Of a DNA stretch of 64,000 nucleotides, positions 37,088 to 48,171 are shown one piece after another. This stretch comes from Podarcis muralis (taxonomy: Eukaryota), in contig NC_135667.1 of assembly GCF_964188315.1 (NCBI RefSeq), positions 17,236,001 through 17,300,000 on the forward strand, written 5' to 3'. The notes under the pieces were generated by a model. The model did no database searches and was not told where the DNA came from. It worked only from the letters and a program-made list of their open reading frames with translations. Position 1 is the first letter of the stretch. Every line of letters starts with the position of its first letter. The translations under genes were made by a program, and so were the position numbers.

Positions 37088-37234
37088 CTGTGATATGGTA
37101 AACTGAATTGAAGCCCAAGCCAAAGCGTCCAACTGTAGAAGGGTCATCCTCCTTGTGACTGATGCCTGGACTCTGGATCCCTTCCCAGTCAGCCTCAGAG
37201 AATAGACCGTTGTTATAGGCAAGAAGTGCAGGGC
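37088..37234 (-). CDS. Sacsin-like coding exon (147 nt), SRR1 ATP-lid region
   Basis: TTTTTCAG|GC...CACAG|GTGAGA; [49 protein letters not shown](D). Confidence 0.93.
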
Positions 37235-38183
37235 CTGAAAAAGAGAAATGTGGTCATGCAATTTTTACTCAAGTGCCTTGATGATGGTTCGATTCACGGT
37301 GTCACTCCCAAGCCAAATATGACATGGCACAATGTCTGAATTGCAAACTAGGGTTTGTGATCGGCCAGCAAACCAAAACAGAAATCATGATTGAACATTT
37401 TGTGGCACGAGATCCTGTCTAATTTAGCAAACCGTGGTAACAGCCACCTCCAGAGGGCTGTGGCACCAGAGAGATGGGAGCAGGCTAATAAACCTGATTG
37501 CTATCAGAAGCAGATCAGGTCCTATAAACAAGGGCTGGAGAGCCCTGCCACCATCCCTGACCATTGGCTATAATCACTGGGACTGATGGGAGTTGGAGTT
37601 CAACTATATCTGAAGAGCCACAGCCGCCACCCCCCATCTCTTTTCTAGATTAAGTTTTCTGCAAACCATGATGTGATACTGGAATAGAGCCAATATATTG
37701 AACATACTGGAGGTGCACTCTCAGGTACTCACATCATTTGTTTAAAGCACATTTATACGACTTTAACAGTCACTGTGAGAGCATATAAGGCCAAATGTCC
37801 CAAAATGGATATTGTAGCACAGAAATGAGAATGTGGGGAACTACTGTACAGTGGGCCAGCCATATTTCCCTCCCACAAGGCACCTGGAAGGACACTACAT
37901 CATGGCAGCTTTCCTTGTTTGCATTGTGGGACGAAATGGCCCCAAAGTAGAGGAAGTTCCCTGCTGCATTCCCAGGCACAAAGAATCATTCTGGTGTCAA
38001 TATAAGGAGAACTTAGAGGAGCCTTGGTTACTGACTGCTAAAAAGGAAGCCTTTGGCCCTTGAAAGCATCCCTGAAAAATTATTATGAATTTCATCCAGC
38101 CAACCTCCTCCCTATAGGATACATTGTGATTTCTTTGCTGGGGCCCCCAGAGCACCCGCCATTGGGAGCTGTCTAATCCATAC

Positions 38184-38295
38184 CTTGGGTGCTTGCCAGC
38201 CCCTCTGAGAAAAGGCTCTGGGTTCCAAAACTCCGTGCATCATAGAGCAAGATCACCTCTTCAGCCCCCGCATCATCTGCATTTTGGATCAGCTC
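38184..38295 (-). CDS. Sacsin-like coding exon (112 nt), SRR1 GHKL N-box
   Basis: CTTCCTCAAG|GAG...CCAAG|GTATGG; [37 protein letters not shown](G). Confidence 0.93.
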
Positions 38296-38840
38296 CTTGA
38301 GGAAGAAGAGAATGAGAGTAGGAATAAATGCCAGGGGTCAACACAGACACAACTGTGGAAATTGCTACATGGATGCCAGCCCCACATTCCATAAACTGCT
38401 AGACATATACAGGGGTCGTCAATATCACCCCTTTCAAACTTTACCTATTTAGAAAAGGGAGGGCAAGCCATCTCCTTGCTGCTGTGTCTGTCCCGCATCT
38501 GTAAAGGCTGGGAGACCTGGCAGGCTTCTTTGCTGCAAATCTGCACCTTCTTTAATATTGCACTAGAACTGGCCATTCTGATGTTTTTGACATCCTTCTT
38601 TGGTACCCCTGCACCCAGCCACTCCCACAAGCCGTCCTTTGGGCCTGCGCTCCAGAACAGCTTCCTGCTCTAAACTTGCAGTCTTACTTCTCTTCCCCCA
38701 AAATCCGGGTGTTTGGCTGCCTCCTCTCTGTGAACACGCAAGTTGTTCAAGCCCTACTTAAAATGCAGTCCATGTGAAATGGCTTCGCTCTCAAAAACGG
38801 CAAATGCAAAAAGCCCAGGCCCAATGCTTAAAAAACTTAC

Positions 38841-38928
38841 TTTTAAGATCTGACCCCCATCTGGGTACTTGCGGAGGATACCCTGCAAGTATTTGAGGAC
38901 AGGAGGTGATTTTTGTCGAAAGCCCTTC
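38841..38928 (-). CDS. Sacsin-like coding exon (88 nt)
   Basis: CTTTCTTTCAG|G...TTAAAA|GTAAGT; (R)KGFRQKSPPVLKYLQGILRKYPDGGQILK, like human [27 protein letters not shown]. Confidence 0.9.
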
Positions 38929-39100
38929 CTGAAAGAAAGGCAGGCGGTTACAGTAGTTAGAGTATATGAATATATAGAGTATATGAACAGAGAGACTTCA
39001 ATCTAAGCAGGACCAGGCTGTGGGGTGGGGTGGTGCTCCTGGGCAACCTTGACCTCACTGCCGACCTGCCCAACCCTTGCACTGCCCAAGTAAACTGTAG

Positions 39101-39672
39101 CAATGGTGTAGCAAGAGGGGTTGCCCACACCAGCCACTCCTAGATTTCAGTCTGGAGTAGGGAATTTTTTTTGGCCTGAGAGTCCAGGGGCGGAGGAAGG
39201 GGGGCTGGTGGGGGCGGTCCGCCCCAGGTGTCATCACTGAGGGGGTTGATGTTCGGCACACTGCCCGCCCGCAACTCCCAAGCACATCCCAAGCTGTCGG
39301 GGGAAGGGGCAGAGCTGCGCCGCCTTGCCAGCGGCCTTCCCCCCTTCCCCCTTCGTTTTGACAGCTCGAAGGAGGCTTGGGAGTTGCGGATGATCAGCTC
39401 GCCATTGCCCCCCCCCCCCGCCTCCTTTGGGGGGGAGCCTCTCCTGAGCTGTCAAAAGGAAGAGGGAAGGGAGGAAGGCTGCTGGCAAAGCGGCGTGGCT
39501 CCCTCCCTGCCCAGGAAGCAACCTGCCATGGGTGGCTTGCTTTGCCCCCCTAGGTGTCTCGCCCCCTGGGACGCTTGGCGCAGGCGGCGCCCCCCCCGGG
39601 ACACTCGCCCTGCCCCCTGGGTGCACAACATGTGCGCAGCTTCTGGTGCCGCAGCAGCTAGCTCCACCTCTG
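39101..39672. mobile_element. Old GC-rich hAT-like non-autonomous element with an internal inverted repeat
   Basis: Imperfect TIRs CAATGGTGTAGCAAG / GCTAGCTCCACCTCTG; internal TTTTGACAGCTC ... GAGCTGTCAAAA. No clear TSD. Confidence 0.4.
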
Positions 39673-40427
39673 TGAGCCGCATTCCCAGTCGTGTGTGTAG
39701 CCACCAAATGCACAATAATACAAGCATACACAGGTGCACATGCATATACAGAGAGACAGAGAGATGTATTAACATGCACAGCAACTGGGGTTGAAAAAAG
39801 CCTTCTAACTTTTAGCAAGCCTAATTGCCAGGAGAGAGAAAGAGATGAGATTCCTGGAAATCTCAGCTGAGAAGAGAGATGGGTTAACCCTTCCCTCTCC
39901 AACTGCACTCTTCCCGAAGATCATCCTTCTCATACAAACATTATGGCAAAAGAAGACTTCTTTGAAAAGACATTGTGGAGGGTTTACAAGTGAGGAGAGA
40001 AAAAATCACGCTTCTGGACCCAGCTGCAAACCCACCACCCTAAAAACAACACAACCCAATTGAGCTTGGGGAAAAGCTTACTGTTGGCTACAATAGAAGG
40101 CCTTTGCAACCCTAAGTTTAGCAGGGATGAGAAAGACTATACACAGAATAAGGAGGCAACTGGCCCATGGTCCAAAGGTTCCTAACTCCTAGTTTAAATC
40201 CTCACTCTGCTGTTGGGTCTGTGTGCAGGTTTCCCTCCTGAGTGACACTGCATTGTTGTGGCATCTGCCGGGACAATTTAGTATTCAAAGGACCCTGGGC
40301 TGCCACTACTGACCCAGCTTGGTTATTGGATCCTACTGGCCAGCAAAAACTGTAAGTGAACTTCTTGTTCCAGGTAAGCTTGTTCAAGGCTTGTCTCCCT
40401 GACACCTCGAGTATTATTATTATTATT

Positions 40428-40653
40428 CAGTGGTACCTCGGGTTAAGTACTTAATTCGTTCTGGAGGTCCTTTCTTAACCTGAAACTGTTCTTAACCTGA
40501 AGCACCACTTTAGCTAATGGGGCCTCCTGCTGCTGCTGCGCTGCCGGAGCACGATTTCTGTTCTCAACCTGAAGCAAAGTTCTTAACCCAAGGTACTATT
40601 TCTGGGTTAGCGGAGTCTGTAACCTGAAGCATATGTAACCCAAGGTACCACTG
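40428..40653. mobile_element. Tc1/pogo-type MITE (family of 5122 and 20018)
   Basis: CAGTGGTACCTCGGGTTAAGTAC ... TAACCCAAGGTACCACTG|TA. Confidence 0.85.
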
Positions 40654-40911
40654 TACCCTATACCCAGAGGTCTGTAGCCTTTTGTTCCTAACTTGCTTCT
40701 TCATCCTGCCTCCTCATTTAACTTTTGGTTCTCACTACAAGCTCTCACCCCAGTCTGCTGCCCACAGCCTAACCCTCAGGGCCACAGGGCTCACTGGGTG
40801 ACCTTGGGCCAGTTCTTCACACACTTGGTCTAGCTCTGAGCTCCTTGGAGGAAGAGTCAGCAATGTTTTAAGCAAGTGGTGTTATCAGATCCCAGATAGT
40901 TTTGGTTCTGA

Positions 40912-41115
40912 GTAAACATCAGGAAGAACTTTCCGGTGGTAAGAGCTGTTTGACATTGGAACAGTCTCTCTTGGGAGGTTGTGGAGTCTCCTTCCTTGGA
41001 GGTTTTTAATCAGAGTTGGACGGCCACCTGTCATGGATGCCTTAGCTGAGATCCCTGCATGGCAGGGGGTTGGACTAGATGACCCTTTAGGTCCCTTTCA
41101 ACTCTACAGTTCTAG
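40912..41115 (+). mobile_element. CR1 LINE 3' fragment
   Basis: AACATCAGGAAGAACTT...GTGGAGTCTCCTTCCTTGGAGGTTTTT...GGTTGGACTAGATGACCC...TTCAACTCTACAGTTCTA, a typical CR1 3' end. Confidence 0.8.
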
Positions 41116-41197
41116 GATCAGCACATCCAGCACAGTCTCACTGGCATTTTTTTGTCCATGAGAAATCCCATGGATACACACACACACCATTTCTTAC

Positions 41198-41220
41198 CTC
41201 TTCTTCGGCCCCTGAGACAT
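41198..41220 (-). CDS. Sacsin-like first coding micro-exon (exon 41198-41228), MSQGPKK(R)
   Basis: CACTTTTGCAG|GTATCAACATGTCTCAGGGGCCGAAGAAGAG|GTAAGA; phase 2 matches the next exon. Joined CDS is 12,696 nt (4231 aa plus stop). Confidence 0.8.
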
Positions 41221-42139
41221 GTTGATACCTGCAAAAGTGAGGAGAAAAATGCAGAATGAGGAAAAAAATGGAGTGTATAATCTCACCAATACAATTTGCA
41301 CATTGGCCCCCACTGGACAAAAAAAGAGCTCATAAACTATTGTTCCTTCCGTAAATGGACAGTTTTTAACAAAACAGACAAGAGGAATCACTTACCATGA
41401 TGTTACAAACACCCCCCCCCCCAGTCATCTCTCATCAAAGGGATTTTGGAACAATAGAAAACCCTGCCAGGCTGCAGTTTGTTATGTGTGCTGGAAACTG
41501 TAGTTTATGTGAGGAAGAAACTACAGTTCCCAGGATTCTTTGGGGAAAACCAGGTGCTTTAAATGTATGGTAAGGATGTGATTTCAGTTACCAAAGGCAA
41601 AAGCAAACAGTCCAAGCCTGCCACAAGCAGTGTGGCATCTTTCTCTGTCCTCCGCTTCCGATCCAAAACACGTTTACTAAATTATTATTACTGTAACATA
41701 AAATTTGTATGCCGCTCTGTACCTGCAGGTCTCAGGGCAGTTCACAGGATAAAATCACAATATAAAAACACAAAGTACATAATCAAAATCAAAACAAAAC
41801 CCAATAACCCCCCACAACACATTTTAAAATTATGTAAGTCCTTTTAAGCCATTGAGGCCAACTCATTTAAGTGAGCTTACGTAAGCTTACTTGTGATTGA
41901 CTTGTGATCTGGAATGTGCTTTTGTAGCCAGTAGACTGTGCAACAATTCCATGAGGTGGACAGGAAAGGTGGCCGATATTTATTTAAACCACTATTTTGC
42001 CAGATATACATTTAAACCACTATTATACTATTTTAACAGTCATGGCTTCCCCCCAAAATTCCTGGAAACTGTAGTTGGTTAAGGGTCAGTTCATCTTTTA
42101 TTCATTTTCTTATGCAGGCATACAACCTTTTTACTATTT

Positions 42140-42710
42140 ATTATAGTTATTGTTTATTAAATTAAAACCTTTGACACCAAAAACATTCCAAAGATTACAA
42201 AATAAAATAAACCTACAAAAAATAAACTAGACAGTGTATACAAAGAATCAAGCCTGCACTGTTCTTTTCCTGAGAGTATGTTGCCTTTGAACAAATAAAA
42301 GTTACATAATCCTGATATTTCTAAAGACCAGTGGCATAGGTTTCATACCACCTTTCTTGTGTACGTAATAAAAGGCCACCAAAAATCTCTCTTTTTTTTT
42401 TACCCTCGGCCAAACGTATCCTTAGCAATACGTCAATTAACATGATTTCCCATGTGGTGTTGTACTATTTTGCTGTGTTTAACTCTTGTAAGTCCCTCCC
42501 CCTCCAAATCTCGCCACTGAGATTCTTGGAGCTCCACCAAGAACTTGTTTATGTAAGCTTTTCTGATTTCCCCCTGTAATCAGAATCCCTTCCCTGCCCC
42601 CCCCACCCCGGTGACAATTACTGTTGAGGTTTCATTAAAAATCTTTCCCCAAAATTTGGCAACATACAATCCCACCACATATAAGATCCAACTCCCCAAC
42701 AGCCCCTCCA
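42140..42710 (-). mobile_element. Degraded L1-type LINE 3' fragment (Cys-knuckle region)
   Basis: Minus translation near 42640-42710 gives CWRGCWGVGSYMWWDC..NF, resembling the CWRC...HxWWxC..FW motif of L1 ORF2; T-rich tail downstream. Confidence 0.5.
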
Positions 42711-44368
42711 GCAGAACTTTTTAATTTTTTTTTTAATTGTTACAACCTAAAAGGTGTTAAAAATCACTTCTGCGTATTTTGAAGTGATGTTTCCCTAAAT
42801 TATACTGAAGTATTATTGTATGGGAACTTTCCTCCCAAGACTTTCCACTATTCACCTCCTAATATTCCTGTCTTTTCTCGTGTTTCTCAGTCCAGCTGCA
42901 TTTTGCATAACCTAGCAGAGTGGACCCTACTAATAATTTATCAAATATCCCTGCATCATTTCAAACTACAGACCCAACTGCAAACTTGTTCAGCTCTCCT
43001 AATTTTAAAGGGAGCACTTTGGAAGAATGGATCACAAACACGTTAAGGGGAAGAGACACATCCCCTGGTCATCACAGGCCACTGAGGTTATTTGGTTCAC
43101 TCCTTTTCAGCCATCAAGACAGCCAAGCACATAACAAACAACACATTTGCAGAGCCAGAACACAATGGAAGCACATGATCTGTTACAACTATTGCAGAAT
43201 CATCATTTCCGGAGAAATTTTTGTGTTTCCTAACAAGAGTTGATAAGAGAGGATGTGCTCTGACTGAAACCTTTTTTTCAGCCCAAAGTCCACATTGTGG
43301 GCATGGCAAGAAGCAAAAAGTGGACAGAGAAATGGGTGTGCCTCTTACCCTCATCAAGAAGAAAACATCCCAGTAAACTCAACACTAGAGGTTTCTAGAT
43401 GGGCACAAACTTATACATCTATGCAAACAAAAGGCATTATCAAAAATGTTCAAGGACACCTTCCAAGCCAGCCAAAAACAATGGAAGAGGATGCAGAGCC
43501 CAGATGGTGTCTGGGGGTGAGTGTCAAGAAAGCAAAAGGGAAGGGGTTTACATCTGTAGATTCCCAACTGCAGTTTTATAGGAATTGCTTGGGTACCAGA
43601 ACAGTGGGGCTGCTCACTTGCCACCTCACATTCTTCAGCCTTTCTTTTAATTGCTATATGCAGGGAAACGAAATTCATTCAAGTGACAAGGCCTTCCCTG
43701 ATTATCACTGCATCCAGACAGTAGGGAAAGTTTCGCCTTTTGAATGCCTGCCAGCCGGGCCAACTAGAGGCAGGAGGTTCCCCAGAATGAAAAACGGTGA
43801 TAATTTCACGCTGTACATTTTAGATTATAGCCATATTTGTACTGTACTTCTACTGCACATAAGCCAAGTCTACACTAGGAGAACGAGGTCTAAGAGCCCA
43901 GCACTGCACCATTTTAGTCGACAAGGCAGGGAACACGTTTTAACTTTCCCTCCAAGTTTTATAAAAAGAAAAGGCAGGTTCCCTGCAAGTAGAAATTAGC
44001 GCGATAGGAACAAGGCTGAGCTATATATTTTTCTCCCCCCCCCCCCCCGAAGTATTAGCTTTTTGCTTCTGCGGGGAATTTGCTAGGTGAGGAAAACCTC
44101 AAAAGCGATGGCTCACAGACGCCAATCTCTCAGCCTGGCCTGTTGGGAGGATAAAATGCGAAAGAGGCACCTTGCGCTCTTTGAAAGAAAGGTGGGCTTA
44201 GAAGTGTCTGTATTAACTAAGCAAATGTGTTTAGGATCAGAGCATTTCGCTGTGTTTCCAGAGACGCTCGTACTTCTTCTAAGCCTGTTTAAACCCCGTT
44301 ACTCCTCCCAAAGAACCCAGGAGTCCTGCTGAATCGGTCCCCATCACCTGCTGTCTGTTATTACTCAC

Positions 44369-44640
44369 CGCGTCTCTCGGAAGATGCAGGTGCGAAGATC
44401 CCCGCGCAGCTTCCCGGCCGACGATGACTAAAGAGCAAAAAAGGTCCGCCGCCCTACCTCGCCTCAAGGCGGATGCCCGGGGAAGCAGCGGCGGCTGCGC
44501 TTTAAAGATGCCAGTCGCTTTCGATTCCGGCGAAATGGAAACCGAAAGCAATTTCGCTCCGTTTGGGAAAGAGGCGGGGAATGTCTCGGAGCTGAGGAGT
44601 GGGACGGGCACTTTTAGAGGGGGATGTGGGGCAAAGACGG
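44369..44640 (-). promoter_or_regulatory. CpG-island promoter and non-coding exon 1 of the sacsin-like gene
   Basis: Strong donor GCG|GTGAGT at 44369/44368, no ATG in the presumed exon, TTTAAA at 44501-44506, GC box GAGGCGGGG at 44571-44579. TSS position inferred. Confidence 0.7.
44532..44548. promoter_or_regulatory. ISRE / IRF-binding element, three GAAA half-sites
   Basis: GAAA-TG-GAAA-CC-GAAA-G, fitting (GAAANN)n; similar to the ISG15-type GGAAACCGAAA core. Confidence 0.75.
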
Positions 44641-44742
44641 TGGGCCTTCAGCCCCAAAGGCTGAAAGGTGAAAGAGTCTGTATCTGATACACTACAGACG
44701 GGAGTGTCCAAGATCGAGCCCACCCAGAGACAGCTGTAGTTG

Positions 44743-44835
44743 GCAGGATTCCTGTCTTGCAAGGGGGTTGGGCTAGATGACCCTTTGGGGTCCCTTCCGA
44801 CTTTTCGATTCTAGGATCCTTGTGATCTACGATCC
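44743..44835 (+). mobile_element. CR1 3' UTR fragment
   Basis: GGATTCCTGTCTTGCAAGGGGGTTGGGCTAGATGACCCTTTGGGGTCCCTTCC...TTCTAGGAT. Confidence 0.65.
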
Positions 44836-45503
44836 CTAAGTTACGGCTGGCTCCAGAGAGACAGATATGGAAATGCCTCCCCCGCTGCCTCAGCGAAAGT
44901 GCGTAGTAACTATAGCGGCAGCTCTCACAAGGAAGTCCCCCTGAATTCAACAGAGCTTACTGCCAGACAAACTGGTGTTAGGATTGTAGCCCGAGTCTTT
45001 GGGTTACTTTGGCACATACGGTGCATTGAAATCATATGCCTTCTTCTACAAAGAATCCTGGGAACCATAGTTTGTAAGAGGTGCTGGAAATTGTAGCTCT
45101 GGAGGAGGAAAAATACAGTTCCCAGGATTAGGGGACGCAATAACTATTAAAAGTGGTGTAAAGCTGTCTGCAGTAGGGTGGACTTTGAGGTCCCTATCAA
45201 CTCTTAATACTGATTCTCACGTACCCCTGTTCTCTTCCAAAGAAGCACAACCAAGCCATTGGGTTTGATACTCGCTATCATAGCAGATAATATGAGGCGT
45301 ACTGATGCCTTTTCTGTTTGGATCTGTATTTCACTTGTTTATTTCTGTTGTGCCATTTGAGTTGGTCGATAGATGTTTGGATGCATGTCTGAAAATCAAT
45401 GGAGATGATTGCGTGTACATCTGAAAATCAATAAAGATGATTTGAAAATAGTACAAGCAAGCAGTCCACATTCCCTCTCCAAGAATCCTGGGAATTGTTG
45501 CCC

Positions 45504-46455
45504 TTTTGTTGTTGTTTAGTCTTTTAGTCGTGTCCGACACTTCGTGACCCCCTAGACCAGAGCACCCCAGGCACTCCTGTCTTCCACTGCCTCCCGCAGT
45601 TTGGTCAAACTCATGCTGGTCGCTTTGAGAACACTGTCCCACCATGTCGTCCTCCGTCGTCCCCTTCTCCTTGTGCCCTCAATCTTTCCCAACGTCAGGG
45701 TCTTTTCCAGGGAGTCTTCTCTTCTCATGAGGTGGCCAAAGTATTGGAGCCTCAGCTTCAGGATCTGTCCTTCCAGTGAGCACTCAGGGCTGATTTCCTT
45801 CAGAATGGATAGGTTTGATCTTCTTGCAGTCCATGGGACTCTCAAGAGTCTCCTCCAGCACCATAATTCAAAAGCATCAATTATTTGGCGATCAGCCTTC
45901 TTTATGGTCCAGCTCTCACTTCCATACATCACTAGTGGAAAAACCATAGCTTTTACTATACGGACCTTTGTTGGCAAGGTGATGTCTTTGCTTTTTAAGA
46001 TGCTGTCTAGGTTTGTCATTGCTTTTCTCCCAATAAGCAGGCGTCTTTTAATTTCATGGCTGCTGTCACCATCTGCCGTGATCATGGAGCCCAAGAAAGT
46101 AAAATCTCTCACTGCCTCCATTTCTTTCCCTTCTATTTGCCAGGAGGTGATGGGACCAGTGGCCATGATCTTTGTTTTTTTGATGTTGAGCTTCAGACCA
46201 TATTTTGCGCTCTCTTCTTTCACCCTCAATAAAAGGTTCTTTAATTCCTCCTCACTTCCTGCCAAGGTTGTGTCATCCGCACATCTGAAGTTGTTCGTAT
46301 TTCTTCCGGCAATCTTAATTCCGGCTTGGGGTTCATCCAGCCCAGCCTTTCGCATGATGAATTCTGCATATAAGTTAAATAAGCAGGGAGACAATATACA
46401 GCTTTGTTGTACTCCTTTCCCAATTTTGAACCAATCAGTTATTCCATATCCAGTT
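45504..46455 (-). mobile_element. 5'-truncated Bov-B (RTE) LINE with RT C-terminal reading frame (45552-46394)
   Basis: SPCLFNLYAEFIMRKAGL...NNFRCADDTTL...FTFLGSMITADGDSSHEIKRRLL...WRRLLRVPWTARRSN, and a 3' tail GGGGTCACGAAGTGTCGGACACGACT(AA..CAA)n typical of Bov-B. Confidence 0.92.
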
Positions 46456-46489
46456 ACACCTTATGAACTACAATTCCCAGCAGTCTTAA

Positions 46490-46790
46490 CAAACCCCAAG
46501 GGTCATTGAGTCCAACCCCTGGCAATTCAGGAATCTCAGCTAAAGCATCCATGACAGAGGGCCACCCAACTTCTGCTTAAAAATCTCCAAGGAAGGAGAG
46601 TCCACAACCTCTCGAGGGAGACTGTTCCACTGTTGAACAGCTCTTACTGTCAGAAGGTTCTTCCTGGTGTTTAGCTGAAATCTCCTTTCTTGTAACTTGA
46701 AGCCATTGGTTCGAGTTCTGCCCTCCAGAGCAGGAGAAAACAAGCTTGCTCCACGTGACAGCCCTTAAGGTACCGGTAGTTCAAGATGGC
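46490..46790 (-). mobile_element. CR1 LINE 3' fragment
   Basis: RTRTNGFKLQERRFQLNTRKNLLTVRAVQQWNSLPREVVDSPSLEIFKQKL is the CR1 ORF2 C-terminus, followed by the GGGGTTGGACTCAATGACCC 3' UTR. Confidence 0.88.
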
Positions 46791-47209
46791 TATCATATGA
46801 GAAGCAACTTTGATATTTCCTTTAGTCTCTGCCTTCTAATCTGTTGGTTCTGTTATGGCTATGAAGTATGGACAGGTGCAGATTGCTGTGCCTGCAACTT
46901 GGTGTTTTGTTTTGTTTTTAACGACGCCTCCCCACCAAGAAGTGTGCAAAAGCGCACAGTTTGGCAATTGTGAATTCGCAGTTCCCTGGTTTTGAGCAAA
47001 TCAGGAGAGATAAAAAGTGAGGGATATTCCTCCCTTCCCGAGCACATCAGAAATATTTAGAAGCACAGCCAAAACAGAAATGAAAGCTTTGAGGAGCGTG
47101 CAGGCATGGAAAAGAGAAAAGCAGAAAATGACAATTGGTTCACATACCCCGAGTGGAGTGTTTAGGAGACTGATGTTCCCCCAAAATATCAGATTATCAT
47201 CATATCAGG

Positions 47210-47345
47210 CATGGGCATAGGCGGGGGGGGGGAGCTGTCCCCCCCAATGAATAAAAATAAATAAAAATACATAGGTAACTGAGATTCTGTCCCCACAACA
47301 AGCGACCTGCTCCCCCCCCCAACAAAAGGCCTCGCTACACCCATG
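47210..47345. mobile_element. Short hAT MITE (136 bp)
   Basis: TIRs CATGGGCATAG / CTACACCCATG; perfect 8-bp TSD ATATCAGG (47202-47209, 47346-47353). Confidence 0.85.
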
Positions 47346-48171
47346 ATATCAGGTAATCCCAAATTTAGGGCGGGGAGCATCAGGATTGGTGTTTTTTGAG
47401 GACTATGGATGTGGGCTATGCAAATTAAATGGGACAAGCCCAAGACCCTCACAGAACTTAGTTTCTCATCTTTCTAGTGTTAAAGGAAACTGCTGCAAAG
47501 GTTATGTCCACATGCATATATTTTTTCTGCAGAAGTGAAAGTTTCATTTCTCAGCTTGCAAGTCGGAGAACAGAAACCAATAGTGCTGCAGTCTTGCTTC
47601 ATCGGTGGAAATAGCTAGACATGAGACTGGAGGCGAACCAGCTGGGCTACTGGCCCCAGCCAGGATGTGTAAGATCCTTTGCCCTTCTTCTTAAACAGAG
47701 GGTCTTTCTTTCATCTCTAGCTGGAGAAGCCAGGGATTGAACTTGGGACCTTCTACAAGTACTTGTAAAGCAGTTGCCTTACCACTGAGCTATGTCTTTA
47801 TGTTCCCACCTGAGTGTTGTAAATAATGGGTTGACTCTGGCGCAGGCATTGTAATACTGGTTGGCATCTGACTGTCTCTACAAACAATGGAGTGTGCCTC
47901 TGAGGGTGAAGTCAATCTGCGGTGTTAGCAGAAGTGCTGGGTTTCCTGCATCGGCAAGGGGGTTGACTAGAGACCTTTGAGGCCCTTTCCAATTTTATCA
48001 TCTGTGTGCCAACACATAATAGAGAAGAAAATGACCTGTCCCTGACCCCAAGAAGTTTGCATCCTATGAAGCAACATGGGGGGAAAGAAGGGAAGGACAC
48101 TGAGACTAAGGATGTGGAGGAAGCTGTCATGAAGTTGCTGCAACCTGGCCTGGATTTTAAGCAAGTACATG

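Noticed and set aside
38445-38630. 61-aa minus ORF between sacsin-like exons
   Set aside because: Not needed for the frame (38841 splices to 38295 in phase 0), not homologous to sacsin, and ends in a stop.
41390-41420. ATG|GTAAGT donor-like site upstream of the micro-exon
   Set aside because: No convincing acceptor, and it would be out of frame with the main ORF; unsupported without RNA data.
43295-43999. 234-aa plus-strand ORF in sacsin-like intron 1
   Set aside because: No recognisable motif, splice context or codon bias; length plausible by chance. A tBLASTn showing conservation would reopen it.
46467-46482. Perfect ZNF143/THAP11-type ACTACAATTCCCAGCA motif
   Set aside because: Degenerate versions recur at about 33970, 37590, 41520 and 45085 in non-promoter context, indicating an abundant repeat family.
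45601-46509. 302-aa plus-strand ORF
   Set aside because: Antisense shadow of the Bov-B RT frame.
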